From contig DATDHW010000048.1 in assembly GCA_036521375.1 (NCBI GenBank), forward strand, positions 32,345-96,344: DNA of 64,000 nt, read 5' to 3'. The notes beneath the pieces were generated by a model. It was not told the DNA's origin, did no database searches, and worked only from the letters and a program-made list of their open reading frames with translations. This stretch comes from Candidatus Cybelea sp. (GTDB lineage: Bacteria; Vulcanimicrobiota; Vulcanimicrobiia; Vulcanimicrobiales; Vulcanimicrobiaceae). The first letter of the stretch is position 1, and each line of letters begins with the position of its first letter. Made by a program: the position numbers and the translations under genes. Of the stretch, positions 41,338 through 50,424 are shown piece by piece.

Positions 41338-42747
41338 TCAACGTAAGAGTTGGCGTATATGTGCCTTCGCAACGGCGAGTTGCTTGTCGGCGGGGGTGTC
41401 GATTAGCGAGGGATTGGGCTCCTGCGCGACGACGACGTTCGGCTCGATCCCGTGATGCTGGATGTCGCGCCCGGCCGGCGTCAGATACCGGGCCGTCGTG
41501 ATCTTCAGTGCACCGTCGTCGGGCAGCTCGTAGATGCTCTGAACGACGCCCTTGCCGAACGTTCGCGTGCCGACCAGCGTCGCGAGGCGATAGTCTTGCA
41601 GTGCGCCCGAGGTAATCTCGGAGGCGCTGGCCGTGTATTTATTGACGAGCACGACGAGCGGCGTCAGGCCGCCGATCGCATCGCCCAGTGCTGCGTCGGT
41701 GGTGCGCGAACCGTCGCGCGCAATCGTCGAGACGATCGTTCCCTGCGGGATGAAGAGGCTCGAGATCGAAACCGCCGCGTCGACGAAGCCGCCGCCGTTG
41801 AATCGCAGGTCGAGAATGTAACCGCGCGCGCCCTTGGCTTTCCCGTCGAGCAGCGCCTTACGCACTTCGTCCGCCGACGTCTTCCCGAAATCGGAGAGCT
41901 GGATATAGTCGATCCCTTGCTCCATCTTCGCGTGCACGGTCGGGACGTGGATGATCTCGCGGACGACCGCATAGCTGTGCTCGGCCGAAGGCGCCTTATA
42001 TTGATGCGCCTTCAGGTTCACGATGCTGCCGGGTTCGCCGCGAATCATCGCCTCGACGCGGTCGATCGAGAGGCCGCGCACCCGTTTTCCGTCGACCGCG
42101 TCGACGATGTCGCCGGCTTGCATTCCGGCTTTGGCGGCCGGCATTGCGTCGATCGGGCGGACGATGACCTCGCCGTCCTTGAGTTGGAAAATGTAAACGC
42201 CGATCCCGCCGAAGTTTCCTCCGGAGAGCGACTCGGTTAGCCCGCGATTCTCGCGCGGCGAAAGATAGACGGTGTACGGATCGTGGACGGAGTTCATGAT
42301 GCCGCGCAGCGCGGCGTCGGTGATGTCTTCGTTTCCGGTTGCGCCTAAGGCGTTGCCGTAACGCTTGAGCGCATAGCCGAGCAAGGCGGAGGCGCGCTCC
42401 CCGTCGGCGGCCGGATCGCCCGCGGCGCTCTGCGCGGGCAGCGACGCGTAGCCGACCTTCTTTGCCGTCAGCAGGGTCTTGAGCGAATCGGCTTCACCGT
42501 TGAGCGGGACCTGCGGCGAAATGGGCTTGTAATACACGCTTTCGAGGCGGCGAAGCGCAAAGTCGGCGACGGCCGAACCGGAAGTATCCTCCGAATCGTA
42601 CAGGGAGCGCAAGTCTCCCGTCGTTGCGACCTGCAGCCCCGGCGGTCCGGCGATCGAGCCGGTGCGGTATCCAACGTAAAGTGCGGTCGCGATCACCGCA
42701 GCGAGCGCAACGAATGCCGTAAGTAGAAGGCGTCGGGTAAGGCTCAT
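41338..42747 (-). CDS. S41-family carboxy-terminal processing peptidase with a PDZ domain (copy A)
   Basis: N-terminal TM anchor. PDZ 'GGIGVYIFQLKDGEVIVRPIDAMPAAKAGMQAGDIVDAVDG'. 'YILDLRFNGGGFV'. 'LVNKYTASASEITSGALQD...GTRTFGKGVVQ'. Confidence 0.85.
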   Translation of the reverse strand: MSLTRRLLLTAFVALAAVIATALYVGYRTGSIAGPPGLQVATTGDLRSLYDSEDTSGSAVADFALRRLESVYYKPISPQVPLNGEADSLKTLLTAKKVGYASLPAQSAAGDPAADGERASALLGYALKRYGNALGATGNEDITDAALRGIMNSVHDPYTVYLSPRENRGLTESLSGGNFGGIGVYIFQLKDGEVIVRPIDAMPAAKAGMQAGDIVDAVDGKRVRGLSIDRVEAMIRGEPGSIVNLKAHQYKAPSAEHSYAVVREIIHVPTVHAKMEQGIDYIQLSDFGKTSADEVRKALLDGKAKGARGYILDLRFNGGGFVDAAVSISSLFIPQGTIVSTIARDGSRTTDAALGDAIGGLTPLVVLVNKYTASASEITSGALQDYRLATLVGTRTFGKGVVQSIYELPDDGALKITTARYLTPAGRDIQHHGIEPNVVVAQEPNPSLIDTPADKQLAVAKAHIRQLLR

Positions 42748-42814
42748 CGATCCTCTATAATACCCGGCTAAGCCGGTTCTGAGTTTCTTGTGGGACTAGA
42801 ATACTCGATAAGTC

Positions 42815-44002
42815 TTAATGGAGACGGGGCGCTGGGTCAACCGGTTTGCCCCCAATTCGCACCTCGAAGTGAAGGTGAGGGCCGGTCGACTGCCCGGTCG
42901 AACCAACCGCGCCGATCGCCTGGCCCCGCTGGACCGATTGGCCGCTGGCGACGTACATGGCGGAAAGATGGCCGTAGCCGGTCGAGTAGCCGCCGCCATG
43001 GTCGATGAGAATGTAATTCCCGTAGCCGCCGTACCACTGCGCCATAATGACGGTACCGCCGGCCGCGGCGGTGACGGTGGTCCCCGTGGGTGCCGCGATA
43101 TCGAGGCCTTGATGGAACTCGGGCGAGCCGCCGAACGGATTCGAGCGCCAGCCGAAGGGCGAGGTGATCGTGCCCGTCACGGGCCAAGAGAACGAACCCG
43201 CGGCGCCGGCGCTCTCGGTGCCGCCGGCGATTCCGGCTGCGCGGCGCTGTGCCGCGAGCTCTTGCTCGCGCTCGCGGATGAGCGCCTCGAGGGCGGCCTC
43301 TTCGGCTGCGGTCAGATCCTCCATCTCGGCCACCTGCGAGGCGACGCTCCGCCGGTGGACGGCGGCCAGTTCGACGAGATTCTTGCGCTCGCCGGCGAGC
43401 GAACCGAGCTGGCTGCGCGCTTCTTCCTGCGCCTGCTCTTCCTGGGCAAGCACCAGGCGCGCTCGCTCGAGCTCGGCTTGCACCGCGGCAACGCGTGCCT
43501 CGGCCGCCTTTCGTGCGCGAACGGCGCGCTGGTTTGCCGCAATCAGCAGACGCAGATCTTCCCAGCGCTCAACGAACTCGCTGAAGGAGCGAGCGGCGAG
43601 CAAGGTGTTGAGGTAACTGAGGTTGCCGTACTCGTAGATATCGACGAGCCGCCGCTTGAGCATCTCGTCGTGAAGGCGTAAGGAGCGTTGCGCCGCGCCG
43701 AGCTGCGTCGTGTTCCAGTCGATGCGGCGTTGCGCCGAATTCTGTTGAACGGACAGCGCGTCGATCCGGCCCGAAACGGTGCCGATTGCGGCGTTCGTCT
43801 GCGCGAGCTGCGTCTGCAAATCCTCATAGCGCAGCGTTACGGCGTGCAGCTCGACGCGTTTTGCGTGCAGGCGACTTTGGAGGCCCTGCGCCTTGGCGCG
43901 TTCGGCGTTGATCCGCTGTTCCAGCGTCGTGCCGGTCGCGCCGGCGAGCACCGGCAGCAGCACGAGGGCGAGCGCTCCGGCGGCAGCGCGGCGCAAAGTC
44001 AA
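42815..44002 (-). CDS. EnvC-like coiled-coil M23 (LytM) peptidase / murein hydrolase activator
   Basis: TTG at 44002 lies 7 nt after the ftsX stop and gives the signal 'MTLRRAAAGALALVLLPVLAG'. About 250 aa of coiled coil. M23 domain 'FHQGLDIAAPTGTTV...GYGNYILIDHGGGYSTGYGHL...GSTGQSTGPHLHFEV'. The listed ATG at 44068 would overlap ftsX by 59 nt. Confidence 0.8.
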   Translation of the reverse strand: MTLRRAAAGALALVLLPVLAGATGTTLEQRINAERAKAQGLQSRLHAKRVELHAVTLRYEDLQTQLAQTNAAIGTVSGRIDALSVQQNSAQRRIDWNTTQLGAAQRSLRLHDEMLKRRLVDIYEYGNLSYLNTLLAARSFSEFVERWEDLRLLIAANQRAVRARKAAEARVAAVQAELERARLVLAQEEQAQEEARSQLGSLAGERKNLVELAAVHRRSVASQVAEMEDLTAAEEAALEALIREREQELAAQRRAAGIAGGTESAGAAGSFSWPVTGTITSPFGWRSNPFGGSPEFHQGLDIAAPTGTTVTAAAGGTVIMAQWYGGYGNYILIDHGGGYSTGYGHLSAMYVASGQSVQRGQAIGAVGSTGQSTGPHLHFEVRIGGKPVDPAPRLH

Positions 44003-44009
44003 CGAGCCG

Positions 44010-44891
44010 TTACGTCCGGAGGTGGCGTCCGACCGAGATCCACGAGGCCAAGATCCCGACGGCCGCACCGACGAGCAGCAGTCCGGCGGCGAGAATTCTC
44101 GGGTCGACGGGTGCGGCGCTCATCGCGACCCAGGGCAGGGCTTCGAGCAGGCGCGGCCAGAGCGTCGCGCGTGCAATCGCCAGCAGGCCGATCGCAACGA
44201 GCGCGCCTAGCACGCCGTCGAGCATGCCCTCGCAGATGAAGGGCAGCCGGATGTACGTGTTCGTCGCGCCGACGAGCTGCATGATGGCGATCTCGCGGCG
44301 GCGGGCAAAGACCGTCAAACGAATCGTATTCGAGATGATGATTCCCGCGACGGCAAGGAAAACGACGATGACGCCGATTCCGACGCGCCGCAGCACCGCG
44401 CCGAGCTGCAGCAGCCGCTGCACGATCTTCTGACCGTAGACGACGTTGCTGACCCCGTCGAGGCGACGTACGGTCGCGGCGACGGCGCCGACGTCTTCGG
44501 GCACGCGCGCCTTTATCCGGAACTTATCCGGCAACGGATTTTCGGTGAGCAGCGCGGTGTCGATCGCACCGCGCGTCTGCGTTCGCAGCTCTGCGAGGCC
44601 CTCGCGCTTGGGAATGTATTTGGCCGAGGCAACGCGCGGATCTTGGGCCAGGTAACGCCCGATCGCCGCGACCTGTGCGTTCGTGATGTCCGGGCGAAGG
44701 TACGCGGAAATCTCGATCTGGTCGAGGAGGCGCGTTCCGACGTCGGCCAGCGCCGCGCGTATGAAGAGAAAGAGTCCGAGTAAGACGATGGTGATGGCGA
44801 CGGTGCCGATGGCGGTAATCTGCATGCCGGCGTTGCGCGAAAAGTTGCGCAACACCTCACCCAGAAAGAACTTGACCTTGCCCGAGTCCAA
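44010..44891 (-). CDS. ftsX: Cell division permease FtsX
   Basis: 'KFFLGEVLRNFSRNAGMQITAIGTVAI' N-terminus. Periplasmic domain. Three C-terminal TM segments with 'EIAIMQLVGATNTYIRLPF'. Confidence 0.9.
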   Translation of the reverse strand: MDSGKVKFFLGEVLRNFSRNAGMQITAIGTVAITIVLLGLFLFIRAALADVGTRLLDQIEISAYLRPDITNAQVAAIGRYLAQDPRVASAKYIPKREGLAELRTQTRGAIDTALLTENPLPDKFRIKARVPEDVGAVAATVRRLDGVSNVVYGQKIVQRLLQLGAVLRRVGIGVIVVFLAVAGIIISNTIRLTVFARRREIAIMQLVGATNTYIRLPFICEGMLDGVLGALVAIGLLAIARATLWPRLLEALPWVAMSAAPVDPRILAAGLLLVGAAVGILASWISVGRHLRT

Positions 44892-45567
44892 GATAGTAGT
44901 AGCCTCGCTCTTCGTCGGTTGTGATGCGGCCGTCTTCGAGACGCACGACGCGGCGCCGCATTCGGTCGACGACGGCCTGGTTGTGGGTGGCGACGACCAC
45001 GGTCGTCCCCTTGAGGTTGATGCGCTGCAGGAGGGCGGTGATCTCCGTCGTGTTGACGGGATCGAGATTACCCGTCGGCTCGTCGCAGAGGAGGATCTTC
45101 GGATTATTCACCAGCGCCCGGGCGATCGCCGTACGCTGCTGCTCGCCGCCGGAAAGCTCGGTCGGATACATGCGGCTCTTGTGTGAGAGCCCGACGAGAT
45201 CGAGCGAGCGGGGCACCTGGCGCATCACGTCGCGCGTGTGCGCGCCGGTGACCTGCATCGCGAACGCGACGTTTTCCCAGACGGTCTTGTCGGACAGCAG
45301 CTTGAAGTCTTGAAAGACGACGCCGAGGTGGCGCCGCAAGGCCGGAACGCGGTTGCGCCGCAAACGGTCGACGCGGATGCCGTCGACGACGATCGTACCC
45401 GTCGTGGCCTTTGCCTCCCGATAGAGCAGGCGTAAGAGGCTCGACTTGCCGGTTCCGGAATGCCCGACGAGAAAAACGAAGTCACCCTTGGCGATATCGA
45501 GGCTCACATTATCCAAGGCGCGCACACCGTTTGGATAGACGAGCGAAACGCCGTGCAGGGAGATCAT
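44857..45567 (-). CDS. ftsE: Cell division ATP-binding protein FtsE
   Basis: 'GHSGTGKSSLL', 'LSGGEQQRTAIARAL', 'LLCDEPTGNLD'. Upstream of ftsX. Confidence 0.95.
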   Translation of the reverse strand: MISLHGVSLVYPNGVRALDNVSLDIAKGDFVFLVGHSGTGKSSLLRLLYREAKATTGTIVVDGIRVDRLRRNRVPALRRHLGVVFQDFKLLSDKTVWENVAFAMQVTGAHTRDVMRQVPRSLDLVGLSHKSRMYPTELSGGEQQRTAIARALVNNPKILLCDEPTGNLDPVNTTEITALLQRINLKGTTVVVATHNQAVVDRMRRRVVRLEDGRITTDEERGYYYLGLGQGQVLSG

Positions 45568-45612
45568 CGCTAACGGAGGAGTTTTTTGCAGAGTGGGGGC
45601 TATACCTTCGGC

Positions 45613-46761
45613 ATGGACTTCGATTTAACCGACGAGCAAAAGGCGATCCAGAGCCTGGCGCGTGAGTTCGCGCAGGAAGAGGTGAAGCCGCGGGCCGAGC
45701 AGATGGATCGCGAGGAGCGCTTTCCGTACGACCTCGTTGCGAAGATGGCAGAGCTCGGCTTCATGGGCCTGCCCTTCCCCGAGGAGTATGGCGGCGCCGG
45801 CGCCGATACGGTGAGCTACGCTCTCGCCGTGATGGAGATCGCGAGAGCCGACGCGTCGACGGCGATCACGATGGCGGCGCACGTCTCGCTCGGTGCTACG
45901 CCGTTTTTGCTCTTCGGTACCGAGGCCCAGAAGCAAAAGTATCTCGTTCCGCTGGCGTGCGGAACGATGCTTTGGGGCTTCGGCCTGACCGAGCCCAACG
46001 CCGGGAGCGATGCCGGCAACGTACAGACCAGGGCCGAGCTGCGCGACGGCGCTTGGGTCGTCAACGGCACGAAGGCCTTCATCACGAACTCAGGTACCGA
46101 GATCAGCGGCGGCACGACGATCACCGCGGTGACCGGGCGGCGCTCCGACGGATCGCGCGAGATCTCCAACATCATCGTTCCTCAAGAGACGCCGGGCTTC
46201 TCGCGGAGCCGCAAGTATCGCAAGATGGGGTGGCGCGCCTCCGATACCCGCGAACTCTCGTTCGCCGACGCCGAGGTGCCCGAAGAGAACCTGCTCGGTG
46301 CCCGCGGCGAGGGTTATCGTCAGTTCCTCTCGATCCTCGACGGGGGGCGGATCTCCGTGGCGGCGCTTTCGATAGGCCTGGCGATGGGTGCTTACGATGA
46401 GGCGCTGGCTTATGCGAAGGAGCGGCGAGCTTTCGGCAAGCCGATCAGCAAGTTTCAAGCGATCTCGTTCAAACTGGTCGACATGCTTACCGAGATCGAG
46501 CATGCCAAGCTGATGATGCTGCGAGCGGCCTGGGAGAAGGATCGCGGCCTCGACTACGTGCAGGCGGCGAGCTTCGCCAAGCTCTTTGCGGGCGAGCTTT
46601 CGCACCGCGTAGTCAATGAAGCGCTGCAGATCCACGGCGGGTACGGCTTCATGGACGAGTATCCGATCTCGCGCATGTACCGGGACCAAAAGATTAATGA
46701 AATTGGTGAAGGCACCAACGAAGTGCAGCGCCTGGTCCTCGCGCGCCTGATGGGGTTATAG
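45613..46761 (+). CDS. Acyl-CoA dehydrogenase
   Basis: 'MDFDLTDEQKAIQSLAREFAQEEV', 'GFGLTEPNAGSD', 'NGTKAFITN', 'QIHGGYGFMDEYPISRMYRDQKINEIGEGTNEVQR'. ATG at 45613 is aa 10 of the listed ORF. Confidence 0.9.
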   Translation: MDFDLTDEQKAIQSLAREFAQEEVKPRAEQMDREERFPYDLVAKMAELGFMGLPFPEEYGGAGADTVSYALAVMEIARADASTAITMAAHVSLGATPFLLFGTEAQKQKYLVPLACGTMLWGFGLTEPNAGSDAGNVQTRAELRDGAWVVNGTKAFITNSGTEISGGTTITAVTGRRSDGSREISNIIVPQETPGFSRSRKYRKMGWRASDTRELSFADAEVPEENLLGARGEGYRQFLSILDGGRISVAALSIGLAMGAYDEALAYAKERRAFGKPISKFQAISFKLVDMLTEIEHAKLMMLRAAWEKDRGLDYVQAASFAKLFAGELSHRVVNEALQIHGGYGFMDEYPISRMYRDQKINEIGEGTNEVQRLVLARLMGL

Positions 46762-46804
46762 CGCCTTGTTAGCGAAGCGTTAGGCACAAGAAAGGACCCC
46801 CGTA

Positions 46805-47359
46805 ATGAAGTTTCGGCACCTCATCATCGCCGCGATGCTTGCGGCGACGACCGCGCAAGCCTCGGCCGCGCTTTCACTCGGTACCAAAGCCCCCCAGTTC
46901 ACCCTGCCGGCGACGCTGGGCGGTAACGTCTTTACCTTTAGCTTGGCCGACGCCCTGAAGAAGGGGCCGGTCGTGCTCTACTTCTACCCGGCGGCCTTCA
47001 CAACCGGCTGCACGATGGAAGCGCACGATTTCGCCGATGCGATCGACCAGTATACGGCGTTGGGCGCAACCGTCATCGGCGTATCGCACGATCCGCTCGA
47101 CAAACTCCAAAAATTCTCGGTCAGCGATTGCCGCAGCAAGTTTGCGGTCGCCGCCGATACGACTCAAACGGTGATGAAGTCGTACGATTCGGTGCTGGCG
47201 CAGCATCCGCAGTACGCGAACCGCACCTCGTACGTCATCGCGCCGGACGGAACGATCATCTATACCTACACGAGCCTCGATCCGTCGCTTCACGTGCAGA
47301 ACACGTTGACGGCGCTGAAGGCATGGAAAGCGGATCACGCTTCGGGGACGACGCCTTAA
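46805..47359 (+). CDS. Exported peroxiredoxin (AhpC/TSA-BCP type)
   Basis: Signal peptide 'MKFRHLIIAAMLAATTAQASA'. 'APQFTLPA...GPVVLYFYPAAFTTGCTMEAHDF' contains the peroxidatic Cys motif. Confidence 0.8.
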   Translation: MKFRHLIIAAMLAATTAQASAALSLGTKAPQFTLPATLGGNVFTFSLADALKKGPVVLYFYPAAFTTGCTMEAHDFADAIDQYTALGATVIGVSHDPLDKLQKFSVSDCRSKFAVAADTTQTVMKSYDSVLAQHPQYANRTSYVIAPDGTIIYTYTSLDPSLHVQNTLTALKAWKADHASGTTP

Positions 47360-47526
47360 AGCTGACGTTGGCCCAGCGTAAAACCGACGCCTTCCGTACG
47401 ACGCGACAAGGCGAACGCTTCTCGAAGCCGGCCACCGTGTACTAGTAGGCTTTCGTTGGCCTTTTATCACGGAGTAAGTGTGGACTCAGCGCGGTCGTCC
47501 GTTGAGATGGCCACGCGGCGGAGAAC

Positions 47527-48606
47527 TTACGGGAAAAAAGCTTTTAACGCTCCAGCCGGATCCTTTTGCGCCTGTGCGATCTCGCCGAATGGATCATAGG
47601 AACCGCTTAGTGCCGCCAACGCACGTCCATACGTCGCGGCAAGCGCATCTTTGGGATCGACCTCGATATCGGGGATTACGCCAGCACCTTCCCAGTTCGT
47701 GCCGGTATACGGATTGTGGGTCACCGCATCGGGTAGGCTAATGCTGAGATGATCGCTTAAGAAGTACGGTCGTGACCCCAATCCGGTAGCGGCGCCCGCT
47801 GACCGATGACCGATGACTAGGCCTCGATGTAATGCTTTGATGTCGTAGGCGAACATTTCGCCGCCAGAAATCGTAGCATGATCGATAAGCACATAGATCG
47901 CTTTACTGGCATAACGCGGGGCGCCGAGTGCGCTGGGGGTAAAGTCACGTACGACCACCTCTTTCCCGTGTATTCGCTGTATCGCGCCGGTTACTTCGGT
48001 AGGCTTCGAGAAGAAATAGGCCAGCAAATAATCAACCGTGTCAGAGTCGCCCCCTCCATTGCCTCTGAGGTCAACAATAAGCGAACCCGTTTGACTTAGC
48101 AGCAACATTGCTGCGTCGATCGTTGCTTTGCCCGCGGGCATGTCGGCGAACCCTCCGAGACGCAAATACCCTATGTTCCCGGGCAGACGAGCGCTCGCGC
48201 TATATCCGTATGCAACATATTGAAAGAACCGCTCGTTTGCCGCTCGTTCAGCTTGCGTAGTTTCGCGGCTTTGATTTTCATCAGGATTCGCGGAAAACCA
48301 GACAATAAGATGTTTATCGTGGCTTGCCTCTTGCAGAAGGCTGGTTAACGCGGCTGCAAACTTCTTCTGGTCGTCTATTGAGAGAAGCTCCGCCCGATGC
48401 GCTTCCACGGCGTTTCGCAGTGATGAAATTCGGCCCGTGAAAAAATAATTGGCGAGCAGCTGCTCGGTTCGGGTGAGGACGAGAGCTCGTTTTGCCTGAC
48501 TCCAATCAGAGGACTGTGCGGCTAATGGCGAGCCCGCATACGCCGTCATCTCCAGACACAAAGACAGAACCAAGGCGATGCGAGTCGCGATCGTAGAACA
48601 TTTCAT
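47527..48606 (-). CDS. Secreted S41-family (tail-specific/IRBP-like) peptidase in a lower-G+C patch
   Basis: Signal peptide 'MKCSTIATRIALVLSLCLEMTAYA'. 'LIVDLRGNGGGDSDTVDYLL' and 'LIDHATISGGEMFAYDIKALHRGLVIGHRSAGA' are S41 blocks. G+C is visibly lower than in the flanks. Confidence 0.7.
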   Translation of the reverse strand: MKCSTIATRIALVLSLCLEMTAYAGSPLAAQSSDWSQAKRALVLTRTEQLLANYFFTGRISSLRNAVEAHRAELLSIDDQKKFAAALTSLLQEASHDKHLIVWFSANPDENQSRETTQAERAANERFFQYVAYGYSASARLPGNIGYLRLGGFADMPAGKATIDAAMLLLSQTGSLIVDLRGNGGGDSDTVDYLLAYFFSKPTEVTGAIQRIHGKEVVVRDFTPSALGAPRYASKAIYVLIDHATISGGEMFAYDIKALHRGLVIGHRSAGAATGLGSRPYFLSDHLSISLPDAVTHNPYTGTNWEGAGVIPDIEVDPKDALAATYGRALAALSGSYDPFGEIAQAQKDPAGALKAFFP

Positions 48607-48788
48607 CGTGTAACCTTCGTTTGTGATCTTGGATGGTTAAAGTCGCGCCTCGTCGCGCAACATGTTAGGACGCCGGGCGACCTGCCGAAAAGGCAGCGAA
48701 ATAAGTAGCAAATCACGTCTGTAGATCGCTTTTGGCAGGGCACTCCCACTCCTAAGTATTACGAATCTAGTAGTTAGTCTAGCAGCGT

Positions 48789-48804
48789 TTGACGGCGCCG
48801 TCAA
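48789..48804. repeat. Perfect 16-nt palindrome TTGACGGCGCCGTCAA with flanking CTAG-containing inverted repeats
   Basis: Read directly: 48789-48804 is self-complementary. AATCTAG (48764-48770) and TCTAG (48778-48782) on the left pair with CTAGATT (48805-48811) on the right. It lies ~185 nt upstream of the S41 peptidase start. Confidence 0.6.
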
Positions 48805-49200
48805 CTAGATTCCTAATAGCTTGGCTGATCCGTTGGGAAATTAAGAGCCTCAGGAATTTCGGATGTTGTTGAAAATGAAGCCGAGCGGCGCGTCGTCGTT
48901 GATGCGGAAAAGCGGATTCAACGGGCCTGGAAACTCGCCGAGGGCTCAACTCGCTGCGCTCCACCTGAAGGCTCGCCTCGCTGAGCTCGACACCCAACGA
49001 TCGAATCAGTGGAAGCGAGGACAGCGCAAAAGCCGCGCGGGTTCGCGAGCCCGACTATCAGCAGAATGTGTGCTCTTTTGCCGAACTTCTCGAGCAATTG
49101 CCGGACCGCTGGACGGGAACCAGGGTGGAGCTGCAACGGGAACTTGCGCGCGCGCTAAGCGCCGTGCTCGCGGAAAACCGGAAATCTCCGCTTAGACAGC

Positions 49201-50424
49201 CTAGACGGCGTCGTCGTTGACGAAAAGCTGGGTCGAGCGAGGCAGCCGTTTTGACGTGGTATGCGTGTCGAGGGAGGTGAGGTCGCGCGGCACCACGTCA
49301 ATGGGGGGTATCGCATCGAGATCCTCACCGATTAGCGAGGCTTCGTCCTTGAGCTTTCGGCCTTGCGGGAGCAGCTTGCTTTCGTAGGAGCCGGCGGCGC
49401 CGTTGAAGGCATTCACCGACCGCTCCAGGTGTTTGCGCACCTCGATGAGGTGCTCCGAAAACTTGACCGTGCGCTCGTAGAGCACGCGGCCGATCGCGGC
49501 AATTCGCTTCGCGTTCTCTTCCTGGCGTAGCGCCTGCCAACCCATCGCGAAGGTGCGAAGGAGGCTGATGAGACTCAAAGGCCCGGCCACGAGAACGCCC
49601 TTGTCGAGCGCGTACTCGATGAGCGAGGGATCCTCGCTGCACGCCGAGCTCAGGAAGACCTCCCCCGCAACGAACATCACGACGTAGTCGGCCGAACCCT
49701 TTGCCGTTTGGTAGCCGCGGCGAGCGAGCGAGTCGATGTGATCGCGCAACGCGCGGGCGTGCTGCTTTACCAGCGCGCGCCGGGTGTCATCGTCGGCCGC
49801 TTCGAGCGCGGCCTGCATCGCATCGATCGGCGCCTTTGCGTCTACGAAGACTCGGCGCTCGCCCGGCAGGTTGATCGTCATGTCGGGACGCACGCGGGCT
49901 TCCTCCAAGACGACCGTCTGCTGCTCGGTAAAATCGCAGGACGAGAGCATTCCCGCCTTCTCGACGACGTTGCGCAACTGCATCTCGCCCCACTTACCGC
50001 GCGAAGCGGGATTACGCAGCGCGGTGACGAGCGTCGATGTCTGCGTGCTCAGATGAGACGTCGCGCTCTGGAGTTTGTCGGTTCGCCCCAGCAGTTGGTC
50101 GATCTGCTCGCGCAGGCTTCCTTCGTCGCGCCGCCGCGTCGCCTCGATCTCGTTGATCAGCCGGTCGAACTCGATCAGTTTCGCAGCGACGGGAGAGACC
50201 AGTTCGCCGACGCGTTCGCTCGCGCGCAACGCGGTCGCCTCGCGCAGTTCGTTTTTCGTCCGTTCGAGCAGAGCTTCAATCGCTTTTTCGCCACTGCGGC
50301 TCGACTCGTCGAGCGTCGCGCGCAGCGCGGCACTCTCGGCGCGCGCGGCAAACCACGCGATCGCCCCTCCGATCGCCGCGCCGAAGAGAAAGAGCGAAAG
50401 GGCGCCGATGACGACTTCGATCAC
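49201..50424 (-). CDS. rmuC: DNA recombination protein RmuC
   Basis: N-terminal TM helix, then a long coiled coil, then the RmuC nuclease-like core 'RPDMTINLPGERRVFVDAKAP...DYVVMFVAGEVFL'. Confidence 0.85.
   Translation of the reverse strand: MIEVVIGALSLFLFGAAIGGAIAWFAARAESAALRATLDESSRSGEKAIEALLERTKNELREATALRASERVGELVSPVAAKLIEFDRLINEIEATRRRDEGSLREQIDQLLGRTDKLQSATSHLSTQTSTLVTALRNPASRGKWGEMQLRNVVEKAGMLSSCDFTEQQTVVLEEARVRPDMTINLPGERRVFVDAKAPIDAMQAALEAADDDTRRALVKQHARALRDHIDSLARRGYQTAKGSADYVVMFVAGEVFLSSACSEDPSLIEYALDKGVLVAGPLSLISLLRTFAMGWQALRQEENAKRIAAIGRVLYERTVKFSEHLIEVRKHLERSVNAFNGAAGSYESKLLPQGRKLKDEASLIGEDLDAIPPIDVVPRDLTSLDTHTTSKRLPRSTQLFVNDDAV

Noticed and set aside
48863-49195. 110-aa plus-strand ORF (and minus-strand ORFs 48779..48997 and 48918..49136) in the large spacer, considered as real genes
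   Set aside because: The translation is basic and low-complexity. The protein-like stretches switch frame midway, and no SD or motifs are present. I treat it as possible pseudogene debris (see the finding), not as a feature.
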